The notes below the pieces were generated by a model, which worked only from the letters and a program-made list of their open reading frames with translations, was not told where the DNA came from and ran no database searches. Below, piece by piece: positions 1 to 9,553 of a stretch of DNA of 31,595 nucleotides (the first letter of the stretch is position 1; each line of letters starts with the position of its first letter). The stretch comes from an uncultured Deferribacteres bacterium. GTDB lineage: Bacteria > Zhuqueibacterota > Zhuqueibacteria > Zhuqueibacterales > Geothermadaptataceae. Made by a program: the position numbers and the translations under genes. The stretch is taken from contig CAXHAT010000085.1 in NCBI GenBank assembly GCA_964014485.1, forward strand, positions 1 to 31,595, given 5' to 3'.

Positions 1-2
1 AT

Positions 3-488
3 ATTGCCGAGGGCGGCTCACGAATCACTGAAAATTTCAAGGCGGACGTTCTGGCTTTTGACTTGGGCATTCTCTATCGCACCGGCTTCAAAAGCCTGAA
101 TTTCGGTATGACCGTGCGCAATTTTTCCGAAGAAGTGACCTTTATCGACGAAGGTTTCCAGTTGCCGCTGACGTTCAAAATCGGCATTGCGATGAATGTG
201 CTTGATCTGACCTCAATGAACGACTCCAATCAATCGCTTATGCTTTCCGTCGACGCTTCGCATCCGCGTGATTTTGCCGAGCAATTGAGTTTTGGCGGCG
301 AATATCTTTTTGCGGACGCGTTGGCCTTGCGCGCCGGTTACTCTTTCCCAAATGACGAACACGGGTTCACCGCCGGAGCGGGATTTAAGCAGCAGTATAA
401 AGATTATGGCCTCGGGTTGGATTACGCTTACACGCCGTTTGGCATATTTGACGCGGTGCATCGTTTTTCCCTGAGTTTTTCTTTTTAG
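3..488 (+). CDS. PorV/PorQ-family outer-membrane beta-barrel protein, 5'-truncated
   Basis: Frame is open from the window start (IAEGGSRITENFKADVLAFDLG...). It has amphipathic strands, 'LPLTFKIG', 'LRAGY', 'DYAYTPFG' and a C-terminal Phe ('FSLSFSF'). Confidence 0.75.
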   Translation: MAEGGSRITENFKADVLAFDLGILYRTGFKSLNFGMTVRNFSEEVTFIDEGFQLPLTFKIGIAMNVLDLTSMNDSNQSLMLSVDASHPRDFAEQLSFGGEYLFADALALRAGYSFPNDEHGFTAGAGFKQQYKDYGLGLDYAYTPFGIFDAVHRFSLSFSF

Positions 489-508
489 ACAAAAAAAGAA
501 TAGAGACA

Positions 509-1756
509 ATGAAACGCAAATATTTGCTCATTCCGTCTTTACCGCTTCTGCTCTCAGCAATTGTTTTTTTCTCTGCTTGTGAAAAAGACAACGTTCCCAG
601 CCTTTTCGATCCTGACCAACCGTTGGGCGATACGCCAATGATCACTTCAATTGAACCGGCGGGACAGGCGCTCGCCGGCGTCGGGGAAGTGAGCATAAAC
701 GGCCTGAATTTTTCCTCAATTGGATCGCAAAACTTTGTTTTTTTTAATGCCGAGCAAGCCGAAGTGCTTTCCGCTTCGTCCACTCAGCTTGTCGTTCGCC
801 CGCCTAATTTGGTCGATGCAAATATTTCCATCAAGATAGCCGTTCAATACGTTGAGCAGTTCAGCAACGTTATTTCCTATGAGCTCCTGCCCGCCGTCAT
901 CGATTACGCAGTATTGGAAGGCCCGGGTGAAGATTCGACCGAGGTTTTCGGCCTTGCGGTTGACCGTGACGAGAACGTCTACGTTTCCGTTCTGGGATCA
1001 ATTCCGAATATCGGACTGTCCGGCAATAAGATTAAAATCGTCACCTTGGACGGCAAAGCGTCGTCTTACGCCGCGACGTCTTTCTTGCGCGCAAACGCCA
1101 TGCGCGTTGGGCCCGGAGGGGACGTTTACACGCTTTCCGCCGCAGGACGGGTGCGCAAATTGTCGCGATTTGACGGAGCAGGCGTTGAGACGACTGTTGC
1201 GTCTTTCGGTGCAACGCCCTACGATTTCGATTTTGACGCCTCCGGCAATATCTGGGCTGCGGTAAAAGATGATATTTATCTCGTCAAGCCTGATAACTCA
1301 AGAACCCTCATCGACTCCTACGATGTTGATCTTTTTGCCTTGCGCGTTTACGAGAATCATGTTTATGTAACAGGCGGCAACGCGGAAACCGCCGAGCACA
1401 AAATCTGGCGCAGTCAAATCAACGGCGACGTTTTGGCCCCGCGAGAAGTCTTTTTTGACCCAACGGCAGCGGCATGGCTCGAAGGCCATTCCGTTTTTAC
1501 CATAGAATTCGCTGCGGACGGCGACGCACTTTTGGGCACATCCCACCCTAGCGGCGTTTTTGTTTATCATTCCGACGGCAGCCATGAGCCGCTTTATCCT
1601 GGATTGCTCACAGGCGACGTCACCAAAATTGTTTGGGGAAATGATTCAATCGTTTATGCAGTTCAAAAGGCGCAAGACGGAGCGACATTGCGAAAGTCCC
1701 GCTTGTTGCGCATCGATCTCGTCAAGCAAGGCGCGCCCTATTTTGGCCGACAGTAA
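509..1756 (+). CDS. Lipoprotein with IPT/TIG domain and beta-propeller (NHL/SMP-30-like)
   Basis: Lipobox 'FFSAC'; IPT-like segment 'PMITSIEP...VSINGLNFS...VLSASSTQLVVRPP'; repeated blades 'GLAVDRDENVYVS' and 'FDFDASGNIWAA'. Confidence 0.7.
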   Translation: MKRKYLLIPSLPLLLSAIVFFSACEKDNVPSLFDPDQPLGDTPMITSIEPAGQALAGVGEVSINGLNFSSIGSQNFVFFNAEQAEVLSASSTQLVVRPPNLVDANISIKIAVQYVEQFSNVISYELLPAVIDYAVLEGPGEDSTEVFGLAVDRDENVYVSVLGSIPNIGLSGNKIKIVTLDGKASSYAATSFLRANAMRVGPGGDVYTLSAAGRVRKLSRFDGAGVETTVASFGATPYDFDFDASGNIWAAVKDDIYLVKPDNSRTLIDSYDVDLFALRVYENHVYVTGGNAETAEHKIWRSQINGDVLAPREVFFDPTAAAWLEGHSVFTIEFAADGDALLGTSHPSGVFVYHSDGSHEPLYPGLLTGDVTKIVWGNDSIVYAVQKAQDGATLRKSRLLRIDLVKQGAPYFGRQ

Positions 1757-1805
1757 CCTCACAAATAAATCCAGCCGTTTGTTGACTCAGGATTCTTAAA
1801 CGCAC

Positions 1806-1821
1806 GGAGGCGCTTATGTAA
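1806..1821 (+). promoter_or_regulatory. Shine-Dalgarno followed by a start-stop mini-ORF (GGAGG-cgctt-ATG-TAA)
   Basis: Seen directly in the intergenic leader of 1893..3887, which has its own GGAGG. Confidence 0.4.
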
Positions 1822-1892
1822 AACACTTTGCAAACTCAGAATTTTAAGTTGACACAACTACACTTTTACCATCCAATTCGGAGGAGCATTTT

Positions 1893-3887
1893 ATGAAGAA
1901 AAGGTTGTTTACCATTTTTGCAGTTTTGTTTGTTTTCTGCGGGTTAACGAGTTTGACGCAAGCGCAAGATTCGTCTCTCGTGCAGATTATTCACAATTCC
2001 GCCGACATTGACGGTCGTTCCGTTGACGTCTACTTAAACGACGTACTGGCATTGGACGATTTAAAATTCAGAACGGCGACGCCGTTTTTCAAAGTCGCCG
2101 CCGGTGACAATAACGTCAAAGTAACCCCCGATGATCAAGCTCCGGCTGACTCCACAATCTTTGAGACGACGCTGACCACTGAAGCTGACAAAAACTATGC
2201 TGTTATCGCGAACGGTATTTTGCCAGTGAATGCGGACAAATACACGAACCCGGATCCGATGAATCAGGATAACAGTTTTCAGCTTTTTGTCATTCCTGAC
2301 GCACAACTGACCTCTGTTGCGGAAGGCTTCATCTCCTTTGTTGGTTTTCATGGCTCAACCGACGCGCCGACAATCGATATCGTGTCTGGCGGCGTTCCGC
2401 TGGTGAATGACGCCCCTTACGGCGCCAACACCGGCTATTTGACGATACCAACGCCAACCGGACCGACGGAATTAGATATAACCCCGGCTGACGATAATGC
2501 GACAATTCTGGCAAGCTTCGCAGGCGATCTTACGACCTTAAACAACGTCGCTTTTGTAGTCTTTGCTTCCGGTTTTCTGACTCCGGAAGATGATGAAGGC
2601 GGCCAGGCCCTAGGTCTTTATGCGGCGTTTCCAAACGGCGATATTGTTGAATTGGAACGCATTATTCGCCTCGATCCAGGCCCATGGCAGCTTGCCGAAA
2701 ACTCATGGATGTTCGAAAGTGTTTTTGAAGATACCACTGTTGCCGCTGCGCATGGCGTCGCAGTTGACGGCGAGGGCAAAGTTTGGTCGGGAAGCTTTGG
2801 CAGCGGCGCGGCAGGCATTATCGTTCGCTGGCCAAATGGTAATGAAGCGAGTTTTTCGCCGCTTGCGGAAGTGACCGTTGACGGTGAAGTTATCGATCTT
2901 TCCGGAGGCGGCTGCCGCGGCATGACGGCGGATAATGACGGCAATATCATTTATGCCGTCGGCGCACGCCTGATCAAAATCGACCATCAGCTCGGTTCAG
3001 GCATGGCGACTTGGGTTGAGCCGGAAGGCAATAGCCTGGTCAATCCGAGCGTGGACGATGAGGGCTTCGTTTATACTGGCCGAGTCGTCGGCGTCAATCC
3101 GTTCTACATCTTAAACGCTGATCTTGGTCTCGAACAGACGGCGACATTGCCGGGCGCGGCGAGCTTTGCACGCGGCGTAGCGGTATCAGGCGACGGCACC
3201 ACAGCGTACGCCGGGGATCTCGGCGGCAGCGGCGGCCCCGTGCGCCAATGGAAGACTGAAGATTTCATTAATTGGTCGTTGGATGATAGTTTGTTTGCCG
3301 ACAACGAAGGCAACATGATTTTCACGGCGCAGCGTACCACCATGAACTGGGCGCCGGACGGCAAGCTTTGGGTTTCCCAAGACGCCGCTTACAATCCGGA
3401 TGACAACACAGCGAATTCACTTGTTGCGTTCGATTTCGCAACCAACGAGTATTTCTATGTGCCAATGCCTGATTTGGAGCCAGGAACAGGAAACGGCCCA
3501 AGAAACGTCGCATTCAATGCAGCGGGCGACACGGCTTACGTTGCCAGTTTCAATTATGGTAATGTGTGGCGCTTTGTCAAGGGAATCTCGAACAGCGTCA
3601 CGGATAATGACGGCGTCCAGCCTTCCGACTACGGCTTGTTCCAGAATTATCCGAACCCGTTCAACCCGGCAACGGTTATTCCTTACAACCTGGAAAGCGA
3701 CGCTTTTGTGACCTTGAAGGTTTACGACAACCTTGGTCGCGAAATCGCTGTATTGGTTGAAGACAAACAGCCAGCCGGACGCCACCAAGTGATTTTCGAC
3801 GCTTCGAAATTCGCCACCGGCGTTTATCATTATCAACTGAAAGTCGGCGAGCAAACCTATCGTAAGAAAATGTTGTTCGTTAAATAA
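1893..3887 (+). CDS. Secreted protein: tandem DUF4397-like domains, beta-propeller, T9SS-type C-terminal sorting domain
   Basis: Signal peptide; 'VQIIHNSAD..VDVYLN' and 'FHGSTDAPTIDI' repeats; propeller blades; C-terminal 'QNYPNPFNP...GVYHYQL...KKMLFVK'; SD GGAGG. Confidence 0.75.
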   Translation: MKKRLFTIFAVLFVFCGLTSLTQAQDSSLVQIIHNSADIDGRSVDVYLNDVLALDDLKFRTATPFFKVAAGDNNVKVTPDDQAPADSTIFETTLTTEADKNYAVIANGILPVNADKYTNPDPMNQDNSFQLFVIPDAQLTSVAEGFISFVGFHGSTDAPTIDIVSGGVPLVNDAPYGANTGYLTIPTPTGPTELDITPADDNATILASFAGDLTTLNNVAFVVFASGFLTPEDDEGGQALGLYAAFPNGDIVELERIIRLDPGPWQLAENSWMFESVFEDTTVAAAHGVAVDGEGKVWSGSFGSGAAGIIVRWPNGNEASFSPLAEVTVDGEVIDLSGGGCRGMTADNDGNIIYAVGARLIKIDHQLGSGMATWVEPEGNSLVNPSVDDEGFVYTGRVVGVNPFYILNADLGLEQTATLPGAASFARGVAVSGDGTTAYAGDLGGSGGPVRQWKTEDFINWSLDDSLFADNEGNMIFTAQRTTMNWAPDGKLWVSQDAAYNPDDNTANSLVAFDFATNEYFYVPMPDLEPGTGNGPRNVAFNAAGDTAYVASFNYGNVWRFVKGISNSVTDNDGVQPSDYGLFQNYPNPFNPATVIPYNLESDAFVTLKVYDNLGREIAVLVEDKQPAGRHQVIFDASKFATGVYHYQLKVGEQTYRKKMLFVK

Positions 3888-3895
3888 TTTTTGGT

Positions 3896-3923
3896 GTAGA
3901 GACGCGATGCATCGCGTCTCTAC
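3896..3923. repeat. 28-bp perfect GTAG-type REP-like palindrome
   Basis: GTAGAGACGCGATG|CATCGCGTCTCTAC, starting 8 nt after the stop codon. Confidence 0.8.
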
Positions 3924-3943
3924 CTGATTTTGGGTAGAAGTTC

Positions 3944-3978
3944 AAGGGCGCTGAAGAAATTTCTTCAGCGCCCTTTTG
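3944..3978 (+). terminator. Probable intrinsic terminator
   Basis: AAGGGCGCTGAAGAAA/TTTCTTCAGCGCCCTT inverted repeat followed by T-rich sequence. Confidence 0.7.
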
Positions 3979-4040
3979 CATTTTTGGGCGGACATGTATT
4001 GAATGCAATCTGGAAATCGCTATATTTCCGGCTATGTTCA

Positions 4041-4245
4041 TTAGCTGCCTGCTACTTTGAACCGGCGAGAAGCCCTGTGTTGTCATTCTGAAGAGCCGAA
4101 GGCCGGCGAAGCAAAATCTTTGTTATCGTCCAGCGAGGATTCGTGCTCTAGATTCAAGAGTTAGATTAAAAAGATGCTTCCAGCATGACAATTCCGTTTT
4201 TTTCACCAGCTTCAGAAGTCTGGGTCAAGAGTGTCAGGTAGTGAA
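4041..4245. mobile_element. Degenerate MITE-like element, homolog of 8904..9108
   Basis: Shares the inner TTGTCATTCTG...AATCTTTGTTATCG...AAAAGATGCTT..CAGCATGACAA module (4080..4191) and the right end GTGTCAGGTAGTGAA. The left end is decayed, so its boundary is approximate. Confidence 0.6.
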
Positions 4246-4304
4246 TCACATTCACAAAATATTCGAATCGGGCAATCAAAAGCAAAAAGAAGCGGAACCG
4301 GCCT

Positions 4305-6671
4305 ATGAAAAAAAGAGCGCTACTCTTCTTTCTTTTATCAATTTTCAGCCTGCCTTTTTTAACTCAGGCCGCCAATCCAAAATTTGAATTCCGCGGCGCC
4401 TGGATCGCGACGGTGATAAACCTCGACTGGCCGCCGACATCTCTCACCAATGTTGATTTTCAAAAAGAAAAACTTGTTGAACTGCTTGACGAATTGAAAG
4501 CTTCAGGGATTAACGCCGTATTCTTTCAGATTCGCTCCGAAGCAGACGCGATGTACGCTTCCAATCTCGAACCGTGGTCGTTCTATTTGACCGGGAAGCA
4601 GGGCAAAGCGCCGGAACCGTTTTATGACCCGCTCGAATTTGCCGTCGAGGAAGCGCACAAACGCGGCATGGAATTGCACGCCTGGCTCAATCCCTACCGC
4701 GTTTCACGTAACGTCGGCGCTTATCCGGTTGATGATCAACACGTATCGGTGCAACATCCGGATTGGATTATCCAAATCAACAATATCAAAGTGCTCAACC
4801 CCGGCCTCGCCGAAGTGCGCGATTTTGTTAAAGACGTTGTGATGGACGTTGTCCTGCGCTACAATGTTGACGGCATTCATTTCGACGATTATTTTTACCC
4901 CTATCCGCCAAACCAAATCGGCAGCCAGGATTTATCGACTTACAATGCAGACAAGCGCGGATTCACCAGAATCGGCGATTGGCGACGCGACAATATCAAT
5001 CTCATGGTAAAATCCGTTTACGAAAACATCAAAGCAGCAAAGCCATTCGTGAAATTCGGAATCAGTCCGTTCGGCATTTGGAAAAACGGCGTGCCTTCCG
5101 GAATCGTCGGCTTGGACGCGTACAACGTGATTTACGGCGACGCCGTGGCGTGGCTGGACGCAAGGACGGTTGATTATGTGGCCCCGCAACTTTACTGGCC
5201 TTTTGGCGGCGGGCAGGATTACGGCAAGTTGCAGCCGTGGTGGGCGTCACAGGCTTTTTCCCGTCATTTGTATGTCGGCCAAGCGGCTTATCGCGCCGGC
5301 GACTGGCCCAGCTTTGAGATCAAAAACCAAATTATTCTCAACAGAGACAATCCGGACGTTGACGGCAGCATATTTTTCCGGGCGACCAACTTTTTTGAAA
5401 ACCCCAACGGCTTTACCGATTTATTGCAGGATGATTTCCACAGCACTTTGGCCGTCACGCCGTCAATGGACTGGCAAGAACAAGACCCGCCGTCGGAGCC
5501 AATGAATCTACGTTATGAGCGTCTCGAGGAGAACGGTCTTTTTGGCCTGACTTGGGATGCGCCGCCAATAGCCTCAGCCGGAGACAGCGCGCACAAGTAC
5601 GTAGTTTATCGTTTTGACAAGTCTGATTTCTCGCCTGAAGAATTAGACAACCCGCGCAACATCATCTCGCTTGAAGGATTTGCTCGCAGTTTTCCGCCTG
5701 TTCCCGAAAATCTTGTCGACGGCTACCATTACGTTGTTACGGCGGTTGACGGCAATTCAAACGAAAGCGCGATGAGCAACACCATAAATATCAACGCCCC
5801 GACGCCGCCGACCTTGGCTATGCCTGCGCCAGGCTCTGTTTTTGGTTCGCCGGACGTTGTTTTTTCATGGAATGATCCGGGCCAGGCTGCGTCTTTTGGC
5901 ATCGAAGTTTCAACGGAAATTACTTTTTCAACCGGCATTTTCTTCGCGAATGAAACTGTTCTGGACACGACGGAAATGTATTCCGGGATGGAAGGCCAAG
6001 AAACGTACTATTGGCGCGTCAATGCGAGTAACGCCGGGGGAGTTAGTGATTTTTCCGAAATCGCTTTTTTTACGACCGGATTCCCGGTAACTCCGCAGCT
6101 TGCTTCGCCTCTGAATTTTGTTCGCGATCAGCCGCTGGATATAAATTTTCAGTGGCGAACGGCGAAAGCAGCCGAAGATTATGTTTTGCAGATCGCAAGC
6201 GCGCGCGCCTTTGAACCGGAGGACGTCCTTTTTACTTTCGAAGCGATTGGCGATACGGCTTTGATTGTCACAGAACTTGAGCCGAACACTTTTTATTATT
6301 GGCGCGTCCAGGCGAATAACAGCGTAGGCAACGGCAACTGGTCGGACGTCTGGCGTTTGAAAACGAAAGACATGACCACCAACGTCGCCGAAACGACAGG
6401 CGGTCCTGAAACTTATGAGCTTTTCCAAAACTACCCGAACCCGTTTAATCCGAGAACGACGATTGCCTTCAGCCTGCCCAACGACATTGACGTCACGCTG
6501 AAAGTATACGACCAGCTTGGCCGCGAAGTCGCAACCTTGATTGACGACTTCCTGCCGCGCGGACGCTACGAAACGCCGTTTGACGGATCACGTCTGGCCT
6601 CAGGAATTTATTACTATCGCCTGGTTACACAAGATCATGTTTTGACCAGGAAAATGCTGCTCATCAAATAG
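4305..6671 (+). CDS. GHL10-family glycoside hydrolase (YddW/DigH-like) with Fn3 domains and T9SS-type CTD
   Basis: '[16 protein letters not shown]', '[10 protein letters not shown]', '[12 protein letters not shown]', 'ISPFGIW', 'PQLYW'; Fn3 'YYWRV.A.N' twice; C-terminal 'QNYPNPFNP'. Confidence 0.85.
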   Translation: MKKRALLFFLLSIFSLPFLTQAANPKFEFRGAWIATVINLDWPPTSLTNVDFQKEKLVELLDELKASGINAVFFQIRSEADAMYASNLEPWSFYLTGKQGKAPEPFYDPLEFAVEEAHKRGMELHAWLNPYRVSRNVGAYPVDDQHVSVQHPDWIIQINNIKVLNPGLAEVRDFVKDVVMDVVLRYNVDGIHFDDYFYPYPPNQIGSQDLSTYNADKRGFTRIGDWRRDNINLMVKSVYENIKAAKPFVKFGISPFGIWKNGVPSGIVGLDAYNVIYGDAVAWLDARTVDYVAPQLYWPFGGGQDYGKLQPWWASQAFSRHLYVGQAAYRAGDWPSFEIKNQIILNRDNPDVDGSIFFRATNFFENPNGFTDLLQDDFHSTLAVTPSMDWQEQDPPSEPMNLRYERLEENGLFGLTWDAPPIASAGDSAHKYVVYRFDKSDFSPEELDNPRNIISLEGFARSFPPVPENLVDGYHYVVTAVDGNSNESAMSNTININAPTPPTLAMPAPGSVFGSPDVVFSWNDPGQAASFGIEVSTEITFSTGIFFANETVLDTTEMYSGMEGQETYYWRVNASNAGGVSDFSEIAFFTTGFPVTPQLASPLNFVRDQPLDINFQWRTAKAAEDYVLQIASARAFEPEDVLFTFEAIGDTALIVTELEPNTFYYWRVQANNSVGNGNWSDVWRLKTKDMTTNVAETTGGPETYELFQNYPNPFNPRTTIAFSLPNDIDVTLKVYDQLGREVATLIDDFLPRGRYETPFDGSRLASGIYYYRLVTQDHVLTRKMLLIK

Positions 6672-6716
6672 CAGGGAAAATATTCGAAAAACGGAACATC
6701 CTTTGGGTGTAAAGCA

Positions 6717-7940
6717 ATGCATTTCAAAAACGCAATAGCCGCTTTAAGCGCAGTCATTCTCTTTTCCGGTTGTAACGAAAACGCGCCTTCAACGGATGTT
6801 GGAAAAAATATCGTTCAGGAAATCGTTTCTCCCGCTCAGGGCTCTAGCGGAGAGCCGAACCTGGCGATCGCTTCTGACGGAACGGTTTTTCTGAGTTGGA
6901 TCGAAGAAGTCGATTCACAATCGGTCGCTTTGAAATACAGCAGTCTCACTGGCGAGCAATGGCCGGAACCAAAGCGAATTGCACAAGGGGATGACTGGTT
7001 CGTGAATTGGGCCGATTTTCCATCCGTGCAAATTCTCAACAATGGCAGTATGGCTGCGCATTGGTTGGCGAAAAGTGGAGAAGGCGTTTACGCTTATGAC
7101 GTGAACATCGCTTTTTCGGAAGACGCCGGCGAAACATGGAATGCTCCGATTGTGCCGCACGATGACGGCACTCAAACCGAGCACGGCTTCGCGTCTCTCT
7201 TGCCCTGGGGAGAGAATCAACTGTTTGCGACATGGCTGGACGGCAGAAACACCGGCGGCGGACACGATGAAGGTGCGATGACGATTCGCGCTGCGATTTT
7301 AAATTCGAGTGGCGAAAAACAGCATGAAATTGAAATCGATCCGCGCGTTTGTGATTGTTGCCAGACCAGCGCCGGGATTATTCCAAATGGAGCCATCGTC
7401 GCGTATCGAGATCGTTCGGAAAACGAAGTGCGTGATATTTGGGTGAGGCGATTTGTCGGAGGACAATGGGAACCCGCGAAAAGCCTGCACAACGATCAAT
7501 GGGAAATTGCAGCCTGCCCGGTAAACGGGCCGTTTGTTTCAACGCAAGAGGAAAAAGTCGCCATTGCCTGGTTCACAATGGCGCAAGAAACGCCGCGCGT
7601 AAACCTGTCCGCTTCGGAAAACGCCGGGATGACTTTTGGAGAAGCGCTTCGCGTTGACGACGGCAACCCGTTGGGACGCGTCTCCAGTCTGGTTTTGCCT
7701 AACGGCGATATTCTTGTTTGTTGGCTGGAAAAAACAGACGTTGACGCAGATATTCGCGTTCGCCGCATCAAAAAGGACGGGACGCTGCTATCTTCAAAGA
7801 CTATTGCGGCATCCAGCGCAGCGCGATCCAGCGGATTCCCAAGAATGGCGTTGAGCCTAGGCAAAGTTGTTTTTGCATGGACGCATGTCAGCGATCAAAC
7901 TTCGATAAAAACAGCGATTGCGCCCCTGAGTGAACTTTAG
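6717..7940 (+). CDS. BNR/Asp-box sialidase-like beta-propeller lipoprotein
   Basis: Lipobox 'FSGC'; Asp-boxes 'SEDAGETW' and 'SENAGMTF'; motifs 'NWADFP', 'EHGF', 'CDCC', 'CPVNGP', 'SGFPRM'. Confidence 0.75.
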   Translation: MHFKNAIAALSAVILFSGCNENAPSTDVGKNIVQEIVSPAQGSSGEPNLAIASDGTVFLSWIEEVDSQSVALKYSSLTGEQWPEPKRIAQGDDWFVNWADFPSVQILNNGSMAAHWLAKSGEGVYAYDVNIAFSEDAGETWNAPIVPHDDGTQTEHGFASLLPWGENQLFATWLDGRNTGGGHDEGAMTIRAAILNSSGEKQHEIEIDPRVCDCCQTSAGIIPNGAIVAYRDRSENEVRDIWVRRFVGGQWEPAKSLHNDQWEIAACPVNGPFVSTQEEKVAIAWFTMAQETPRVNLSASENAGMTFGEALRVDDGNPLGRVSSLVLPNGDILVCWLEKTDVDADIRVRRIKKDGTLLSSKTIAASSAARSSGFPRMALSLGKVVFAWTHVSDQTSIKTAIAPLSEL

Positions 7941-8062
7941 GAAATCCTCCCATCGAGTTGTGGAGCGGCCCAACCTTGCCAATTCCTTCCTTTCAACACT
8001 GAGATCGAGATAATTCCCCCTAACTCTTATCGTTAAGCTTCGAAAAACGAAAAGCCATCGTT

Positions 8063-8078
8063 GGGCATGTGGATTGCA
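8063..8078 (+). promoter_or_regulatory. Putative sigma54 (-24/-12) promoter of the napD-like gene
   Basis: GGGCAT-GTGGA-TTGCA has the canonical GG-N10-GC spacing. Confidence 0.5.
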
Positions 8079-8221
8079 ATATCACAAAATAGAGAGTAAA
8101 ATTGCGAATTCAACTACCGAATTTGTAATTCGCATTTGAGAAATAGATGAGGATACGCGTGTTTTTTGAAAAAACACTTGCTTGAAGAACCCCTAAAACG
8201 CGAAAGTCTGGAGACGGAACA

Positions 8222-8488
8222 ATGTTTCTTGCAAGCATGATTTTTCAGGTCGAACCAAACGGCGTCGACGATACGAGAAAACAACTCGATAAGATTCCTG
8301 AGCTAAGTTTACACGGCCTTCATGACGATGATGTAATTGTAGCAGTTGCAGAAACGGAAGACGAACAGAGATTGCAGCAACTTTCCGAACGAATCATCGC
8401 ACGCTATGAATCGATTAAGACAATTTACCCTACGTTTTTGGAATTTGGCACAAGGCGGATTGTCCGCATCTCAGGAAAGAAAAACTAA
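8222..8488 (+). CDS. napD: NapD-like Tat signal-peptide chaperone
   Basis: 88 aa; pattern 'MxLASMIFQVEP...L..IPEL.LH...IVAVAE.E....L' resembles the NapD ferredoxin-like fold; SD GGAG upstream. Confidence 0.6.
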   Translation: MFLASMIFQVEPNGVDDTRKQLDKIPELSLHGLHDDDVIVAVAETEDEQRLQQLSERIIARYESIKTIYPTFLEFGTRRIVRISGKKN

Positions 8489-8686
8489 AATGCGGCTTTA
8501 AAAAGAATGCTTCCGCAGATTTAAGCAATGACTGTAGGGATTTTATAAGGGGCTCGAAATTGATTTGACTCTCTGCAAAAACGCAAGATAGTCGGTTGAA
8601 AAGACAGTTGAGGCGGAACGTTAAGCGGAAGCAAGCCCAGTAAAGCCAACAGTCAAAAACTTGTAGTACAAAACGAGGGCGGGATT

Positions 8687-8821
8687 ATGGATCGTCCTGA
8701 ACTTGAATTCGTATTTATGATTTTTCTCATTGTTTCGGCGGTTGTAGCAATGGGAACAATCTTTTTCAGCAGTCTGCCAAGGAAGGTAAAAAGAGCGTTG
8801 AAAAGGATCTTTCAGTTTTAG
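8687..8821 (+). CDS. Small single-pass membrane protein, 44 aa (absent from the ORF track)
   Basis: MDRPELEFVFMIFLIVSAVVAMGTIFFSSLPRKVKRALKRIFQF*. GAGG SD upstream; acidic N-terminus, ~20-aa hydrophobic helix, basic C-terminal tail. Confidence 0.55.
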   Translation: MDRPELEFVFMIFLIVSAVVAMGTIFFSSLPRKVKRALKRIFQF

Positions 8822-8903
8822 CATCCGGGGAACTTGAAACAGTTCGCCAACCTTTCTCGCGCACAAATTTTGATGGTTCTGTGCAGGAAAGACGTACGCT
8901 CAG

Positions 8904-9108
8904 CTCTCTACCTGACACTTTTTTGTAAACTGCATTTTCGAGCCGCCTAAAGGCCTCGTTTTGTCATTCTGCAGGAATCTTTGTTATCGCCCAGTACAGA
9001 TCATGCTCAAAAGTTCAAGGGTTCGATCAAAAAAGATGCTTTCAGCATGACAAATCCGGCCTTTTTCGCCAGCTTTAGAAGCCTATACAAAAAGTGTCAG
9101 GTAGTGAA
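8904..9108. mobile_element. 205-bp MITE with 8-bp target-site duplication
   Basis: Inverted-repeat core CTACCTGACACTTTTT (8908..8923) / AAAAAGTGTCAGGTAG (9089..9104). Direct repeat ACGCTCAG at 8896..8903 and 9109..9116, each 4 nt outside the core. Confidence 0.8.
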
Positions 9109-9132
9109 ACGCTCAGACTGCGAACACTCTCC

Positions 9133-9525
9133 CTAGCCAAGCTTTCGAAGAGAGCTGAGAAAAATGCCGGCTCCACCTGCGACTAAAACCAAAATCGTCA
9201 GCAGTTCAAACGCTGACATTGGGCGCATGCGAAAACTTATGCTTGAGATGACGCCAAAGCCAAGCATCACCAAACTCCCTACCGTTAGCAACCATCCCAA
9301 CCAGTTCTTGGAATTGTAAAAAATAATTCCGACGCCAAATATAAATGGAATGAGCACCATGCCGGTCGTCAGCCTGAAGCCTCCGAAGCTGTAAAGTCCG
9401 AAGCCGAGGCTAAACCTGTTCGTTACATGGATCGCATTGAGGAAGAGATAGCCTCCCGCGATGAGCATAATCAATCCGATGAAAAATCGACCTACGCCCC
9501 CATCCGATCCGCCTGCACCGCGCAT
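9133..9525 (-). CDS. Small Gly-rich multi-pass membrane protein (hypothetical)
   Basis: 130 aa with about four hydrophobic segments; 'GAGG..GG.GRFFIG' N-terminus; lies 28 nt downstream of glnS. Confidence 0.8.
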   Translation of the reverse strand: MRGAGGSDGGVGRFFIGLIMLIAGGYLFLNAIHVTNRFSLGFGLYSFGGFRLTTGMVLIPFIFGVGIIFYNSKNWLGWLLTVGSLVMLGFGVISSISFRMRPMSAFELLTILVLVAGGAGIFLSSLRKLG

Positions 9526-9553
9526 AAATTTTCCCTTCGTTTTGCATGGTTCA

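Noticed and set aside
8560..8573. FNR box near the napD-like gene
   Set aside because: Only the TTGAT half-site is present; there is no ATCAA at the correct spacing.
8621..8866. 81-aa minus-strand ORF with a CxxC motif, possibly disrupted by the MITE
   Set aside because: TTG start with no SD. Removing the MITE still leaves an in-frame TGA upstream, and the overlapping plus-strand 44-aa ORF has better signals.
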